Of a stretch of DNA of 64,000 nt, positions 1 through 10,570 are shown piece by piece. This DNA comes from a virus: positions 1 to 64,000 of IMG/VR virus record IMGVR_UViG_3300013014_001174, one strand, 5' to 3'. The translations under genes were made by a program, and so were the position numbers. Position 1 is the stretch's first letter; each line of letters begins with the position of its first letter. The notes beneath the pieces are model-generated. The model was not told where the DNA came from, made no database searches, and worked only from the letters and a program-made list of their open reading frames with translations.

Positions 1-285
1 AAAAACGCTTGGGAACACGTAGAACATACCTATCAAGCAATTAAAAATAAATTTCACCCTCCTTTCTGGTATTTTGCCGATATTGAAAATAGTTGGGATT
101 ATTTGACTGATATTCCAAACTCAATACAAGAAAGTACAATTGCTAGAACACCAGAATGGAATGAAAATTTTAGAATTGGTACCGAACATTATAAGAAAAA
201 ACACGGTATGGCACCAACAGAAACACCTATTGTACACCCACAAGCTGTACAAAACACAATAAATTATTTATACTCAACAAGATAA
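1..285 (+). CDS. Partial CDS (5' truncated), probable glycosyltransferase C-terminus
   Basis: Frame is open from base 1 (KNAWEHVEHTY...HPPFWYFADI); lies in the glycan cluster. Confidence 0.5.
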   Translation, partial: KNAWEHVEHTYQAIKNKFHPPFWYFADIENSWDYLTDIPNSIQESTIARTPEWNENFRIGTEHYKKKHGMAPTETPIVHPQAVQNTINYLYSTR

Positions 286-286
286 T

Positions 287-1048
287 ATGATAGATTTTAA
301 AGACGTAACTTTCATTATCCCGGTAAGGTTTGATAGTGAGGATAGAAAAAGAAATTTTAGAATTACAATTGCATTTTTAGAAAACCATTTTGATACCAAC
401 ATAATCGTTATGGAATCAGACAAGACTTCAAACGAAGAATTTGTTAAATCAATATCAGAAAAATTAACTTACGTTTTTGAAAAAAATGACAGTCATTTAT
501 TTCATAGAACAAAAATGTTAAATGATATGACCAAGATGTCTAAAACAAACTTTGTTGTAAACTACGACATTGATGTTTTATTCAAACCAGAACAGTATGT
601 TGCTTCTAGATTTGCTTTAGGTACCGGTGCCGATTTTGTTTTCCCGTATGCTGGTAAATTCTATGATATACCACCGACATATTTTGATAATATATCAAAT
701 AACGAATTTGATAAGATTAATTTAGACACTTGTACTTTATTTAATCCAAATTCATTGGGTGGTGCAATATTTTTTAAAAAGGATTCTTACACTAAAATTG
801 GTTTAGAAAATGAAAACTTTGTTTCCTGGGGACACGAAGACTGGGAAAGAATTGGAAGAATAGAAAAAATGGGTCATAAAATTTATCGAATAGACGGTGT
901 ACTATATCATTTAACACACCAAAGAACACATAACAGTTCTGATGCAAACCCTATGTATAATCATAATGGAAATGAATATAGGAAAGTTATGTCAATGAAT
1001 AAAGAACAATTAGTGGAACACATAAAAACTTGGAATTGGGTTAAATGA
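287..1048 (+). CDS. Glycosyltransferase, GT-A fold (GT2/GT7 galactosyltransferase-like)
   Basis: FIIPVR start, YDID (DxD) motif, GG...ENFVSWGHED motif. Confidence 0.8.
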   Translation: MIDFKDVTFIIPVRFDSEDRKRNFRITIAFLENHFDTNIIVMESDKTSNEEFVKSISEKLTYVFEKNDSHLFHRTKMLNDMTKMSKTNFVVNYDIDVLFKPEQYVASRFALGTGADFVFPYAGKFYDIPPTYFDNISNNEFDKINLDTCTLFNPNSLGGAIFFKKDSYTKIGLENENFVSWGHEDWERIGRIEKMGHKIYRIDGVLYHLTHQRTHNSSDANPMYNHNGNEYRKVMSMNKEQLVEHIKTWNWVK

Positions 1049-1812
1049 TTGGTATTAGTTTAGCCGGAGGTTTAGGAAACTATATGTTTCAGATATCGGC
1101 AGCGTATAGTTTTGCTCTTGAGAACAATGACAGTTTTATAATTGACGAAAGTAAAATTGTAACTGTTCATAAACATATGTCAACTTATAAAACTAATATT
1201 TTTAGAAATCTAAATTATGGTTTAGTTTTTTATGAAAATCAATATCAAGAACCGTTTTTTCACTATAAAGAGATTCCATCTTTAAAAAATTTATTTATGA
1301 ACGGGTATTTTCAAAGTGAAAAATATTTTTTAAAACACCGGGAAGAATTGTTAAAATTATTTTCAATCGATGATTTCAATAAAAGTTTACTTGAAAAAAA
1401 ATATAGTCATATTGATTTTGAAAATTCTTGTTCTATTCACGTTCGTAGAGGTGACTATTTAAATTACGAAAATATCCACCCAACTTTAAATCTTGAATAT
1501 TATCAAAAATGTGTTAATGAAACTTTATCTAAAAACATATTAATTTTTTCGGACGATATTTTATGGTGTAAAGAAAATTTAATTATCCAAGATAAAAACG
1601 TAATCTTTATTGAAGGAAATACTGATTACAATGATTTATGGTTAATGTCTATGTGTCGTGAAAATATTATCGCTAACTCGACATTTTCTTGGTGGGGTGC
1701 TTGGTTAAATAATAACAAAAACAAAAAAGTGTTTGCACCAAAAATTTGGTTTGGTACACATTCAAAACACATTACAGATGATCTAATACCAACAGAATGG
1801 AAAAAAATATAA
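1045..1812 (+). CDS. Alpha-1,2-fucosyl/colitosyltransferase (GT11)
   Basis: GGLGNYMFQ, GYFQSEKYF, HVRRGDY, FSDD, NSTFSWWGAWL motifs. Confidence 0.9.
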   Translation: MIGISLAGGLGNYMFQISAAYSFALENNDSFIIDESKIVTVHKHMSTYKTNIFRNLNYGLVFYENQYQEPFFHYKEIPSLKNLFMNGYFQSEKYFLKHREELLKLFSIDDFNKSLLEKKYSHIDFENSCSIHVRRGDYLNYENIHPTLNLEYYQKCVNETLSKNILIFSDDILWCKENLIIQDKNVIFIEGNTDYNDLWLMSMCRENIIANSTFSWWGAWLNNNKNKKVFAPKIWFGTHSKHITDDLIPTEWKKI

Positions 1813-2555
1813 AAGCAAAAACATTGGGCACTTTACACAAAGAACTTTTTTTTAATAAAAAAGTCTCAATATCTTTCGATTTACCAACAACTGTAATCGA
1901 TGCCGACTTTAAGGTTCTGGTACAGATAGAACCACCATCAATTCAAGACATAGTACAAATGATTATATATAGTCAAAATAAATTTGATATAATTTTTGCT
2001 TGGAATAATGACATACTTAATAAATGTACGAATAGTGTTTTATTCCCTTTTGGATCTTGTTGGATTAATGAAGAAGATCAAAAAATACATAAAAAAACAA
2101 AAGAAATCTCAATTATAGCTTCGCCCGCAAATAAAACGGTTGGTCATAGATTAAGACACGAAATCATACAAAGTAATATTATGGAATTAGATTTATTTGG
2201 TAGTGGTTATAATCCGATTGAAAATAAAATTACAGCTCTTAAAGATTACAGGTTCTCAATCGTTGTTGAAAATGAAAAAATAGACAACTGGTTTACAGAA
2301 AAACTTATAGATTGCCTTATTACCGGAACAATCCCTATTTATTGGGGGTGCCCAAATATAGGTGATTATTTTGACACTAGGGGGTTTATAATTGTAGATT
2401 CCATTGAAGACTTAATAATTAAGAAAAATATACTAAACGAAACTACATATTCTGAAATGTTACCCTATATTAAAATTAACTTTGAATTAGCAAAAAAATA
2501 TACCGATTTTTGGTTGAGGCTTGAAAGTGAAATAAATAAAAAATTAAACGCATGA
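1797..2555 (+). CDS. GT10-like (alpha-1,3-fucosyltransferase-type) glycosyltransferase
   Basis: YRFSIVVEN...WFTEKLIDC...GTIPIYWG motif. Confidence 0.8.
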   Translation: MEKNIKAKTLGTLHKELFFNKKVSISFDLPTTVIDADFKVLVQIEPPSIQDIVQMIIYSQNKFDIIFAWNNDILNKCTNSVLFPFGSCWINEEDQKIHKKTKEISIIASPANKTVGHRLRHEIIQSNIMELDLFGSGYNPIENKITALKDYRFSIVVENEKIDNWFTEKLIDCLITGTIPIYWGCPNIGDYFDTRGFIIVDSIEDLIIKKNILNETTYSEMLPYIKINFELAKKYTDFWLRLESEINKKLNA

Positions 2556-3241
2556 AGTTTTCAATTGTAATACCGACATACGAATATAATGGGTTAGCAA
2601 CTAAATTGTTAGATAAATTACTAGAAAGTATTAATCAACAAACTTTTAATGACTTTGAAATTATTATCGTGGATCATAGTTTAGATGATGTTATAGAAAA
2701 GTATTTAGAAAGTTACCCAAACTTAAAAATAAAATATATAAAAAACAACATTGGTAGAGGTAACTCATCTATTAATATGAATGTTGGAATTAAAAATTCT
2801 ATTGGTGAGTTTATCAAAATAATGCATATGGATGATTGGTTTTGTAATCCTAAAACTTTAGAGTTAATAAATAATGCAATTAATGAAAACACATTAAAAA
2901 AATGGGGTGGTGTTGGCTTTAATCATTTTTATGAAAACTTACAGACAACTGATAGACCAATTTTACCGTACATTGATTCAAACATTAGAACATTAATTGG
3001 GTGTCCAAGCGTTTCTTTCTTTATAAACGATAAAGAATCATTAAATCTTTTTGATGAAAACCTAATCATAATTAATGATTCAGATATGCACATAAGATTA
3101 GGTAAAAAATATGGTGAACCAATTTTTATTAACGAATATTGTGTGACGGTAAGAATGTCAGATAATCAAGTTTCTAATTTGGTTTCACACGAAAAACACA
3201 CAAATGAAATAAACTATTATAAAACAAAAAACTTCTTATGA
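2552..3241 (+). CDS. Glycosyltransferase family 2
   Basis: FSIVIPTY, QQTFNDFEIIIVD, MDD motif. Confidence 0.85.
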   Translation: MKFSIVIPTYEYNGLATKLLDKLLESINQQTFNDFEIIIVDHSLDDVIEKYLESYPNLKIKYIKNNIGRGNSSINMNVGIKNSIGEFIKIMHMDDWFCNPKTLELINNAINENTLKKWGGVGFNHFYENLQTTDRPILPYIDSNIRTLIGCPSVSFFINDKESLNLFDENLIIINDSDMHIRLGKKYGEPIFINEYCVTVRMSDNQVSNLVSHEKHTNEINYYKTKNFL

Positions 3242-3918
3242 ATTTACTATCAGAAATTGCAAATAAATATGCGTCAGATAAAGGTACTATTGCGCCATCG
3301 GTTGGGCATCACGGACCAAGACTCCATTTCACCTCCGTTTATGGTGAATATATGGAAAAAATTAGATTTGAAAAACTTAACATTTTAGAAATTGGCATTG
3401 GTTCAGGACCATCATTAAGAATGTGGTATGACTATTTTCCAAATTCAACAATTCACGCAATTGATATTGTAAATCAAAATGATAAAAATAATGAAAGAGT
3501 AACAACTTACGTTTGTGATCAGTCAAGTAGAGTTGAATTAGACGAACTAGCCTCAAGAATTGGTGGTTTTGATATAATAATTGATGATGGTTCACACGTT
3601 ATTTCACATCAACAAATTTCACTTGGCACTTTGTTTAAATACCTTAAAGAAAATGGTCAATATTGGGTTGAGGATTTGCATACTTCTGATTCTGAAGCAT
3701 GGCAAGGAAAAAGTTTATATGGTTATGATATGTCTTTTAATGAAGGTGAAGATAGTGTTTCAGTACTTGAGTCTTATATTAATACAAAAAAATTTAATAG
3801 TCCATTTTTAACTGTGTCAGAAAATATGTTTTTAACTGACAATGTAAAAGAATGTAAAATGTTTGAACTACCAAAAACTATGTGGGGTATAAATAAATTA
3901 TGTTTATTAACAAAATGA
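3238..3918 (+). CDS. Class I SAM-dependent (sugar O-)methyltransferase
   Basis: ILEIGIGSG, DQS, DIIIDDGSH, VEDL motifs. Confidence 0.8.
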   Translation: MNLLSEIANKYASDKGTIAPSVGHHGPRLHFTSVYGEYMEKIRFEKLNILEIGIGSGPSLRMWYDYFPNSTIHAIDIVNQNDKNNERVTTYVCDQSSRVELDELASRIGGFDIIIDDGSHVISHQQISLGTLFKYLKENGQYWVEDLHTSDSEAWQGKSLYGYDMSFNEGEDSVSVLESYINTKKFNSPFLTVSENMFLTDNVKECKMFELPKTMWGINKLCLLTK

Positions 3919-4577
3919 AAAAATATTGTGGTGATTTGATTTGCACTGACGCAAACACTGATTTTATGGTCAAGGATGATTTTATAATTTCATATAATGA
4001 AGTTGTAAACACAGATACTAAAGGTTATTTGGGTAATTACGATATTAGATGGAGAATACACACAATTCTTTGGGCTGCTCACACCGTTAAAGATTTAGAA
4101 GGTGATTTTGTTGATTGTGGTGGTGGATTTGGATTTTTTATGTCGTCAATATATAAGTACTTGGATTTTGAGAATATAAGTAAACAGTATTTTATGTTTG
4201 ATAGTTTTAAAGGAACAAGTCCTGAATACGATAACACTAATCATTTTTCTAAGTATGGAAGTTGGTATGATGATGTTGTTAGAAATCATGGTAATAAAAA
4301 AAATCTATCAATTATTGAGGGATATTTACCAAGCACACTTAAAACGGTAGACATTAAAAAGATTTGTTTTTTGAGTATTGATTTAAATTCGTATAAACCG
4401 GAGATTGAGTGTATGGAAGTACTTTGGGATAAAATAGTACCCGGTGGTATTATTGTTTTGGATGACTATGGGTTTCCAGGTTGTGAATCACAACTTTATC
4501 ACCATAATGAATTTATAGAGAAAAAAAATAAAAAAATATTAACATTACCTACGGGTCAAGGTTTAATTATTAAATAA
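3915..4577 (+). CDS. TylF/MycF-family O-methyltransferase
   Basis: GDFVDCG, FDSFKG, SIDLN, GGIIVLDDYG; start probably at the ATG overlapping the upstream stop. Confidence 0.8.
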   Translation: MKKYCGDLICTDANTDFMVKDDFIISYNEVVNTDTKGYLGNYDIRWRIHTILWAAHTVKDLEGDFVDCGGGFGFFMSSIYKYLDFENISKQYFMFDSFKGTSPEYDNTNHFSKYGSWYDDVVRNHGNKKNLSIIEGYLPSTLKTVDIKKICFLSIDLNSYKPEIECMEVLWDKIVPGGIIVLDDYGFPGCESQLYHHNEFIEKKNKKILTLPTGQGLIIK

Positions 4578-4579
4578 AA

Positions 4580-5107
4580 ATGATAGTGGGAGAGTACACA
4601 TACGGACAACAAAATATTAAAAAAATTTTTGTAAATGAGTTTCCTAACGTAAATTTAATAATTGGTAAATTTTGTAGTATTGCTTCAAATGTTAGTGTGT
4701 ATTACGGACATGGTTACCACGATTCAAATAATGTATCAACATACCCTTTTGGTTATGTTCATAATCATATTTTTTTATCTGACAAATTAAACAATGGTAA
4801 AACAAATGGTGATATAATTATCGGCAATGATGTGTGGATAGGAGATAACGTTACCATAATGAGTGGTTGTAAGATTGGGGACGGTTCAGTTTTAGCAACT
4901 AATTCTCACGTTGTTAATAATGTTCCACCTTATTCTATATATGGTGGCAATCCCGCTAAATTAATTAAATATCGTTTTGATGAGGATACTATTGAAAAAC
5001 TAATGTTAATAAAATGGTGGAATTGGGATTTGGAAAAAATTAAACAAAATCTTTATTTATTAAATAATAATAATAATATAAATAAATTTATTGAGTTGCA
5101 TTTATGA
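4580..5107 (+). CDS. CatB/Vat-like hexapeptide-repeat O-acetyltransferase
   Basis: IGKFCSIA, IGNDVWIG, VPPYSIYGGNPAKLIKYRF, WWNW. Confidence 0.85.
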   Translation: MIVGEYTYGQQNIKKIFVNEFPNVNLIIGKFCSIASNVSVYYGHGYHDSNNVSTYPFGYVHNHIFLSDKLNNGKTNGDIIIGNDVWIGDNVTIMSGCKIGDGSVLATNSHVVNNVPPYSIYGGNPAKLIKYRFDEDTIEKLMLIKWWNWDLEKIKQNLYLLNNNNNINKFIELHL

Positions 5108-6039
5108 AAATATTAATAACTGGTGGTGCTGGTTTTATTGGTACCAAAATTTGTAATAAATTAAAGGAGGATTTTGAAGTAATTATTTTAGATAATTTTT
5201 CACAACAGATTCACGGTGAAGAAACCCCAAAATTAATTGAGGGTGTGGATTACGTTTTTGGTGATGTTACAAGTACCGAAGACTGGAAAAAGGTTATGTT
5301 AAAAAACCCAGACTATATTATTCATTTGGCGGCAGAAACTGGAACTGGACAATCTATGGATGAAATTACTAGATATGTTAACACAAATGTTGTGGGGACT
5401 TCAGTTATGTTAGAATTTTTAAATAAAAATAAAACTAATGTAAAAAAAATAATTCTATCATCAACAAGGGCTGTTTATGGTGATTTAGAAAATAACTCTG
5501 AAACGCTAATAGTCGACCCAAAATCGGTTTATGCTGTAACAAAACTTGCTCAAGAAAATTTAATAAAAACATCAAGTAAAGTTCCTTATACAATTTTAAG
5601 ATACCAAAATGTTTTTGGTGATGGACAAAGTTTAAATAACCCGTACACTGGTATCATAAGTATTTTTAGTAATTTATTTTTAGAAAATAAATCGGTTACG
5701 ATATTTGATAACGGAACCCCAACAAGGGATTTTATCTATGTTGAAGATGTTGTTGACGCCACAATAAAATGTCTAGAAAATGTCTCAACTAATTATAAAA
5801 CATATGACGTTGGTACTGGTACTGAAATAAAAATTTTAGATGTTACGCATAAACTAAAAAAATTGTCTAATAGTACATCTGAAATTATAATAACTGATTA
5901 CCATAGAGATGGTGATATAATGTTTGCTAAAGCTAACACAACAAAAATAAAAACTGATTTAAATTGGGAACCAAAATTTACAATTGAGGATGGGTTAAAT
6001 TTTTTTTATAATTGGTTTAAAGCGGAAAAAAATTTATGA
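5104..6039 (+). CDS. NAD-dependent epimerase/dehydratase
   Basis: GGAGFIG, YAVTK (YxxxK), RDFIYVED. Confidence 0.9.
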   Translation: MKILITGGAGFIGTKICNKLKEDFEVIILDNFSQQIHGEETPKLIEGVDYVFGDVTSTEDWKKVMLKNPDYIIHLAAETGTGQSMDEITRYVNTNVVGTSVMLEFLNKNKTNVKKIILSSTRAVYGDLENNSETLIVDPKSVYAVTKLAQENLIKTSSKVPYTILRYQNVFGDGQSLNNPYTGIISIFSNLFLENKSVTIFDNGTPTRDFIYVEDVVDATIKCLENVSTNYKTYDVGTGTEIKILDVTHKLKKLSNSTSEIIITDYHRDGDIMFAKANTTKIKTDLNWEPKFTIEDGLNFFYNWFKAEKNL

Positions 6040-6944
6040 AAATAGTAATAACTGGTGGTAGTGGTTTAGTTGGTCAAAATTTAAAAAAATATCTCCCAGA
6101 TGGCATTTACCTTTCCTCAAAAGATTATGATTTAACAAAAGAATCGGATGTAATTAGTATGTATGAAAATCATAAACCAAATGTTGTAATTCATTTAGCG
6201 GCAAAGGTTGGTGGTATTTTAGACAACATAAACAAACCAGCAGAATATTTTACAGAAAATGTTTTAATGAATACTTTATTAATTGAGTACGCAAGAAAAT
6301 ACAATGTAAAAAGATTTATTGGTGTTTTAAGCACTTGTATTTTCCCAGATGTGATGGAATCATACCCAATGAAAGAAACCGACTTACATTTTGGTCCACC
6401 AACAAGTACTAATTTTTCATATGGGTATGCAAAAAGAAGTATGGCTGTACAGATAGACGCTTACAACAAGCAGTACGGTACAAAATACCAATATCTAATT
6501 CCTTGTAACTTATATGGATTAGGTGATAAAGATCACGAATCTAATAGTCATTTCATAACAGCATTAGTTAAAAAAATTTTTATTGCAAAAAAAAATAATG
6601 AAAAGAATATAACTTTATTTGGTGATGGTACACCATTAAGACAATTTATGTTTGCGGATGATTTTGCAAAAATAATATATGAAGTTATTACCAAAAATAT
6701 TTATGAAAGTTTTAATATTGCGGGTAATGAAAATTTAACAATAAAACAAATGGCCAAAATTGCTTTAGAGTCTTGTGACGCTAAAGATTTAGAAATAAAT
6801 TGGGATTTAACAAAACCAAATGGTCAATATAGAAAAGATGTTTGTACGGATAAATTAAAATCTTTACTACCAGAATTTGAACCGTTATCCTTATCTAAAG
6901 GAATAAAATTAGTTTATAAAAGTTATTATGATAAAATTAGTTAA
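6036..6944 (+). CDS. GDP-L-fucose synthase / GDP-colitose synthase (Fcl/ColC family)
   Basis: GGSGLVG, HLAAKVGGI, STCIFP, YGYAKR, PCNLYG, SHF. Confidence 0.85.
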   Translation: MKIVITGGSGLVGQNLKKYLPDGIYLSSKDYDLTKESDVISMYENHKPNVVIHLAAKVGGILDNINKPAEYFTENVLMNTLLIEYARKYNVKRFIGVLSTCIFPDVMESYPMKETDLHFGPPTSTNFSYGYAKRSMAVQIDAYNKQYGTKYQYLIPCNLYGLGDKDHESNSHFITALVKKIFIAKKNNEKNITLFGDGTPLRQFMFADDFAKIIYEVITKNIYESFNIAGNENLTIKQMAKIALESCDAKDLEINWDLTKPNGQYRKDVCTDKLKSLLPEFEPLSLSKGIKLVYKSYYDKIS

Positions 6945-8079
6945 CGACACAATAAATAAGGAAGATATTAAAGCCTTAATTGAATGGTTGTCTCAAGATG
7001 AAATCCCTAGATTAACTAAAGGGGATTTAACTTTAAAACTGGAAAATTTGTGGGCAAAAAAAATTGGTACAAAATATTCAGTATTTGTTAATTCTGGTTC
7101 ATCCTCAATTTTACTTACTCTTGCGGCACTCAAGTACTCAAATAAATTAAGGAATGAAAAAGTTGTTGTTCCAGGTTTAAGTTGGGCGACAGATGTTAGT
7201 TCACCAATGTTACTTGGTATGCAGCCAATTATGTGTGATTGTAATTTAGATGATTTATCTTGTGATTTAGAAAGTCTAGAACAAATCTTTAAAACCGAAT
7301 CACCATCAACTTTAATTTTAGTATCACCATTAGGATTAGTTCCAGATATGGAAAAAATAGTCTCAATGTGTGAAAAATATGATGTTATACTATTGGAAGA
7401 TGTTTGTGAAAGTATGGGGTCTAAACACAAAGAAAAATACTTAGGTTCTTTTGGTTTTGCGTCATTTTTTTCAATGTATTTTGGACATCACTTAAGTACG
7501 ATTGAAGGTGGGTTTATCAATACAAACGATGAAGATTTTTACCATACACTACTAATGATGAGAAGTCACGGTTGGGATAGAGATTTACCAAAAGAAAAAC
7601 AAATTGAATTAAGACAAAAATATAATGTAGATGATTTTGAATCTTTATATAATTTTTATTTACCGGGGTTTAATTTAAGATCTACAGACTTACAAGCATT
7701 TATTGGGCTAAGAGCAATTGAAAAATTGGATAAATATTCAAAGAGAAGAAACAAAAACTTTTTTGAATATCGAAATAACATTAAAATAAACGAACTTATG
7801 ATGCCAATTAATGAAAACAATTTCATATCAAATTTTGCGTATCCAATCGTTTCATTAAATAAAAAAGAAATTGTTAATAGGTTAATTGAAAACGGTATTG
7901 AGGTACGTCCATTAATTGCCGGTAATATGTCAAATAAACCTATGTGGTATGAAAATTACGGATTTGTTAGTTTACCTAACTGTGAAAAAGTAAACGAATA
8001 CGGGTTTTATATTCCAAACAATCAAAATCTTACGTCAGAAGAAATAAACTTTATTTGTAAAATAATTAATAATGCATAG
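6928..8079 (+). CDS. PLP-dependent GDP-4-keto-6-deoxymannose 3-dehydratase (ColD-like, DegT family)
   Basis: VNSGSS, EDVCESMG, SMYFGHHLSTIEGG with His where aminotransferases have the PLP Lys. Confidence 0.75.
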   Translation: MIKLVNDTINKEDIKALIEWLSQDEIPRLTKGDLTLKLENLWAKKIGTKYSVFVNSGSSSILLTLAALKYSNKLRNEKVVVPGLSWATDVSSPMLLGMQPIMCDCNLDDLSCDLESLEQIFKTESPSTLILVSPLGLVPDMEKIVSMCEKYDVILLEDVCESMGSKHKEKYLGSFGFASFFSMYFGHHLSTIEGGFINTNDEDFYHTLLMMRSHGWDRDLPKEKQIELRQKYNVDDFESLYNFYLPGFNLRSTDLQAFIGLRAIEKLDKYSKRRNKNFFEYRNNIKINELMMPINENNFISNFAYPIVSLNKKEIVNRLIENGIEVRPLIAGNMSNKPMWYENYGFVSLPNCEKVNEYGFYIPNNQNLTSEEINFICKIINNA

Positions 8080-8851
8080 ACTATACAAACCCGCCAGATC
8101 TAAAGAGGTAAACAGAGGTTTATTTTCATATCTAACAGAATCTGTGTTAAATATGGTAAACTTCATTACGTTAAATGGAGACGTTGATATAAAATATTAT
8201 CACGATTTGTTTGATATACCAGGTTATGGAAATGAAAATATGTTTGACATATCTTTAATTCAAGATAAAAATGATTTTAAAATAAATAATCATCTTTATA
8301 CAAACATAGAATTGTTTCCAAGTGATTTAAACCTTGATTGTTATAATGTAGAAAGTCTTAATCAGGATATTAGATTAATAAGCGAAAAAATAATCAAAGA
8401 TTTTTTTATACCTAATGAAACTTTAAATGATTTACTTAATAAAAGACATAGTCAAATTAACTTTAATACAACCGTTGGGGTTCATAGGAGATCAACAGAT
8501 ATTAGTAGTCACCATAAAATTGTAAACATAGAAAACATTTTTAATGAGGTTGAGTCTAATGAGTTTGATAATGTTTTTTTAATGTGTGATAACATCTATG
8601 ACACCAATAAATTTAAACTAAGGTATGGGAATAGGTTAATAACCTATGATATGTTTACTTCCAAAAATATGATTTTACCATTTTTTAAAATGAATAACTC
8701 AATTGAAGATATACATAATCATATTGTAGAGTTACTATTCGGAGTTTTTACATTATCTAAAACAAAAAAATTTATATGTACAAAATCTAACATATCTTCT
8801 TTTTGTATTTTATCTAATTCTAAATTAAACTATAAATTACTTACTAAATGA
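8072..8851 (+). CDS. NodZ/GT23-like fucosyltransferase
   Basis: RGLFS, GVHRRSTD, FLMCD, SNIS motifs. Confidence 0.6.
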   Translation: MHRLYKPARSKEVNRGLFSYLTESVLNMVNFITLNGDVDIKYYHDLFDIPGYGNENMFDISLIQDKNDFKINNHLYTNIELFPSDLNLDCYNVESLNQDIRLISEKIIKDFFIPNETLNDLLNKRHSQINFNTTVGVHRRSTDISSHHKIVNIENIFNEVESNEFDNVFLMCDNIYDTNKFKLRYGNRLITYDMFTSKNMILPFFKMNNSIEDIHNHIVELLFGVFTLSKTKKFICTKSNISSFCILSNSKLNYKLLTK

Positions 8852-9840
8852 AAATAGCACTAATAACCGGTATAAACGGTCAAGATGGGTCGTATTTAGC
8901 CGAATTTTTATTAGAAAAAGGTTACGAAGTTCACGGAACATTAAAAAGAAATTCAGTTTCTGAAAACCAAACATCAAGACTTGATGATATTTATGACCAA
9001 CTAAAATTACATTATTCAGATTTAACAGATTTGTCATCACTAATTAGTGTGATACAAAAAATCAAACCAAACGAAATCTATAATTTGGCAGCACAATCTC
9101 ATGTTAGAATCTCTTTTGATCAACCAATTTATACCGCGAATGTTACTGGTTTAGGGACATTGAATATGTTAGAAGCAATTAAACTTATTGACCCAACAAT
9201 TAAGCTATACCAAGCGTCTTCTTCTGAAATGTTTGGAAACAATATTGATGAAGACGGATACCAAAGAGAATCAACACCGATGTCCCCAGTATCACCTTAC
9301 GGATGTGCAAAAGTATTTTCATATAACATTTGTAGAAACTATAGAAATTCTTATAATATGTTTATATCAAATGGAATTTTATTTAATCACGAATCACCAA
9401 GACGCGGAACAAACTTTGTAACAAATAAGGTTTGTAAAGAAGCGGTAAAAATTAAACTAGGCTTATCAAACCAATTAAAACTTGGTAATTTAGATGCCAC
9501 AAGAGATTGGGGGCACGCAAAAGACTATGTTGAGGCAATGTGGATGATATTACAACAAGACGCTCCAGACGACTTTGTTTGCTCAACAGGGATCTCCCAT
9601 TCAGTAAAAGAACTTGTGGAATACGTTTTTAACAAACTAGAATTAGACTGGAAAAAATATTTAAAAATTGATGAAAAATTTTATAGACCTGAAGAACTCT
9701 CAGACTTAAAAGGAGACTCAAAAAAACTAAGGGACCTAACTGAGTGGAAACCAAAATACACTTTTGAATCTATGTTAGATGAAATGGTGGAATATTGGTT
9801 AGGATTCTTTGATAAACAAATAAAAATAAATAATGACTAG
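8848..9840 (+). CDS. gmd: GDP-mannose 4,6-dehydratase
   Basis: GINGQDGSYLAE, NLAAQSHV, QASSSE, FNHESPRRG, RDWGHAKDYV. Confidence 0.95.
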   Translation: MKIALITGINGQDGSYLAEFLLEKGYEVHGTLKRNSVSENQTSRLDDIYDQLKLHYSDLTDLSSLISVIQKIKPNEIYNLAAQSHVRISFDQPIYTANVTGLGTLNMLEAIKLIDPTIKLYQASSSEMFGNNIDEDGYQRESTPMSPVSPYGCAKVFSYNICRNYRNSYNMFISNGILFNHESPRRGTNFVTNKVCKEAVKIKLGLSNQLKLGNLDATRDWGHAKDYVEAMWMILQQDAPDDFVCSTGISHSVKELVEYVFNKLELDWKKYLKIDEKFYRPEELSDLKGDSKKLRDLTEWKPKYTFESMLDEMVEYWLGFFDKQIKINND

Positions 9841-10570
9841 AAAAAAACCAGTAACAGCAACAAAAGAAGAAACGACGCAACAACCATTGTCAAGAAAAGA
9901 CTTTATTAATTCGATAGTCAAGAAAAGACAAAAAAATAAATTTTTAACAGAACATCAAGAAGAGTATTATAACATTTTAAAAAATAATGAAATAACAGTT
10001 GCATCTGGTGCCGCTGGCGTTGGTAAGTCATATATCGCTATGAAGGCCGCAGTGGATTTATTACTCGATCCTGATAATTCATATGAAAAAATTATAATTG
10101 TTAGGCCGGCTGTTGAAGCTGAAGAAAAACTTGGTGCTCTTCCTGGTAATTTAGAAGAAAAATTGGATCCTTATATTTTTCCGTCGTATTACCTTTTAAA
10201 TAAAATTATTGGTAAAGAAGCTAGAGAAAAATTAAAGGACGCTGAAATAATTGAAGTGTTTGCCCTTGCTTATATGAGAGGTATGAATATAGACAACTCT
10301 ATCCTTATATTTGAAGAAGCCCAAAACTCAACACCAAATCAAATGAAGTTACTATTGACAAGAATAGGTTTCAATAGTAAATTCTTTATATCTGGGGACT
10401 TAGAACAAACTGATAGATATAAAGACAAAAGACAATCTGGACTTTATGATGCTATACAAAGATTTAACGATATCCCAAATATTGGTGTTTATGATTTTAG
10501 AAACGCTAAAAATGTTCGTAACCCATTAATTAGTAAAATTTTGGCAAAATATGAAGAAAATAGGGATTGA
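9833..10570 (+). CDS. phoH: PhoH-family ATPase
   Basis: GAAGVGKS Walker A, RPAVE, LPG, AYMRG, EEAQN, LTRIG, GDLEQTD. Confidence 0.93.
   Translation: MTRKKPVTATKEETTQQPLSRKDFINSIVKKRQKNKFLTEHQEEYYNILKNNEITVASGAAGVGKSYIAMKAAVDLLLDPDNSYEKIIIVRPAVEAEEKLGALPGNLEEKLDPYIFPSYYLLNKIIGKEAREKLKDAEIIEVFALAYMRGMNIDNSILIFEEAQNSTPNQMKLLLTRIGFNSKFFISGDLEQTDRYKDKRQSGLYDAIQRFNDIPNIGVYDFRNAKNVRNPLISKILAKYEENRD

Noticed and set aside
4580-5107. Antibiotic-resistance acetyltransferase (cat/vat)
   Set aside because: The fold is shared with sugar O-acetyltransferases and the context is a glycan cluster.
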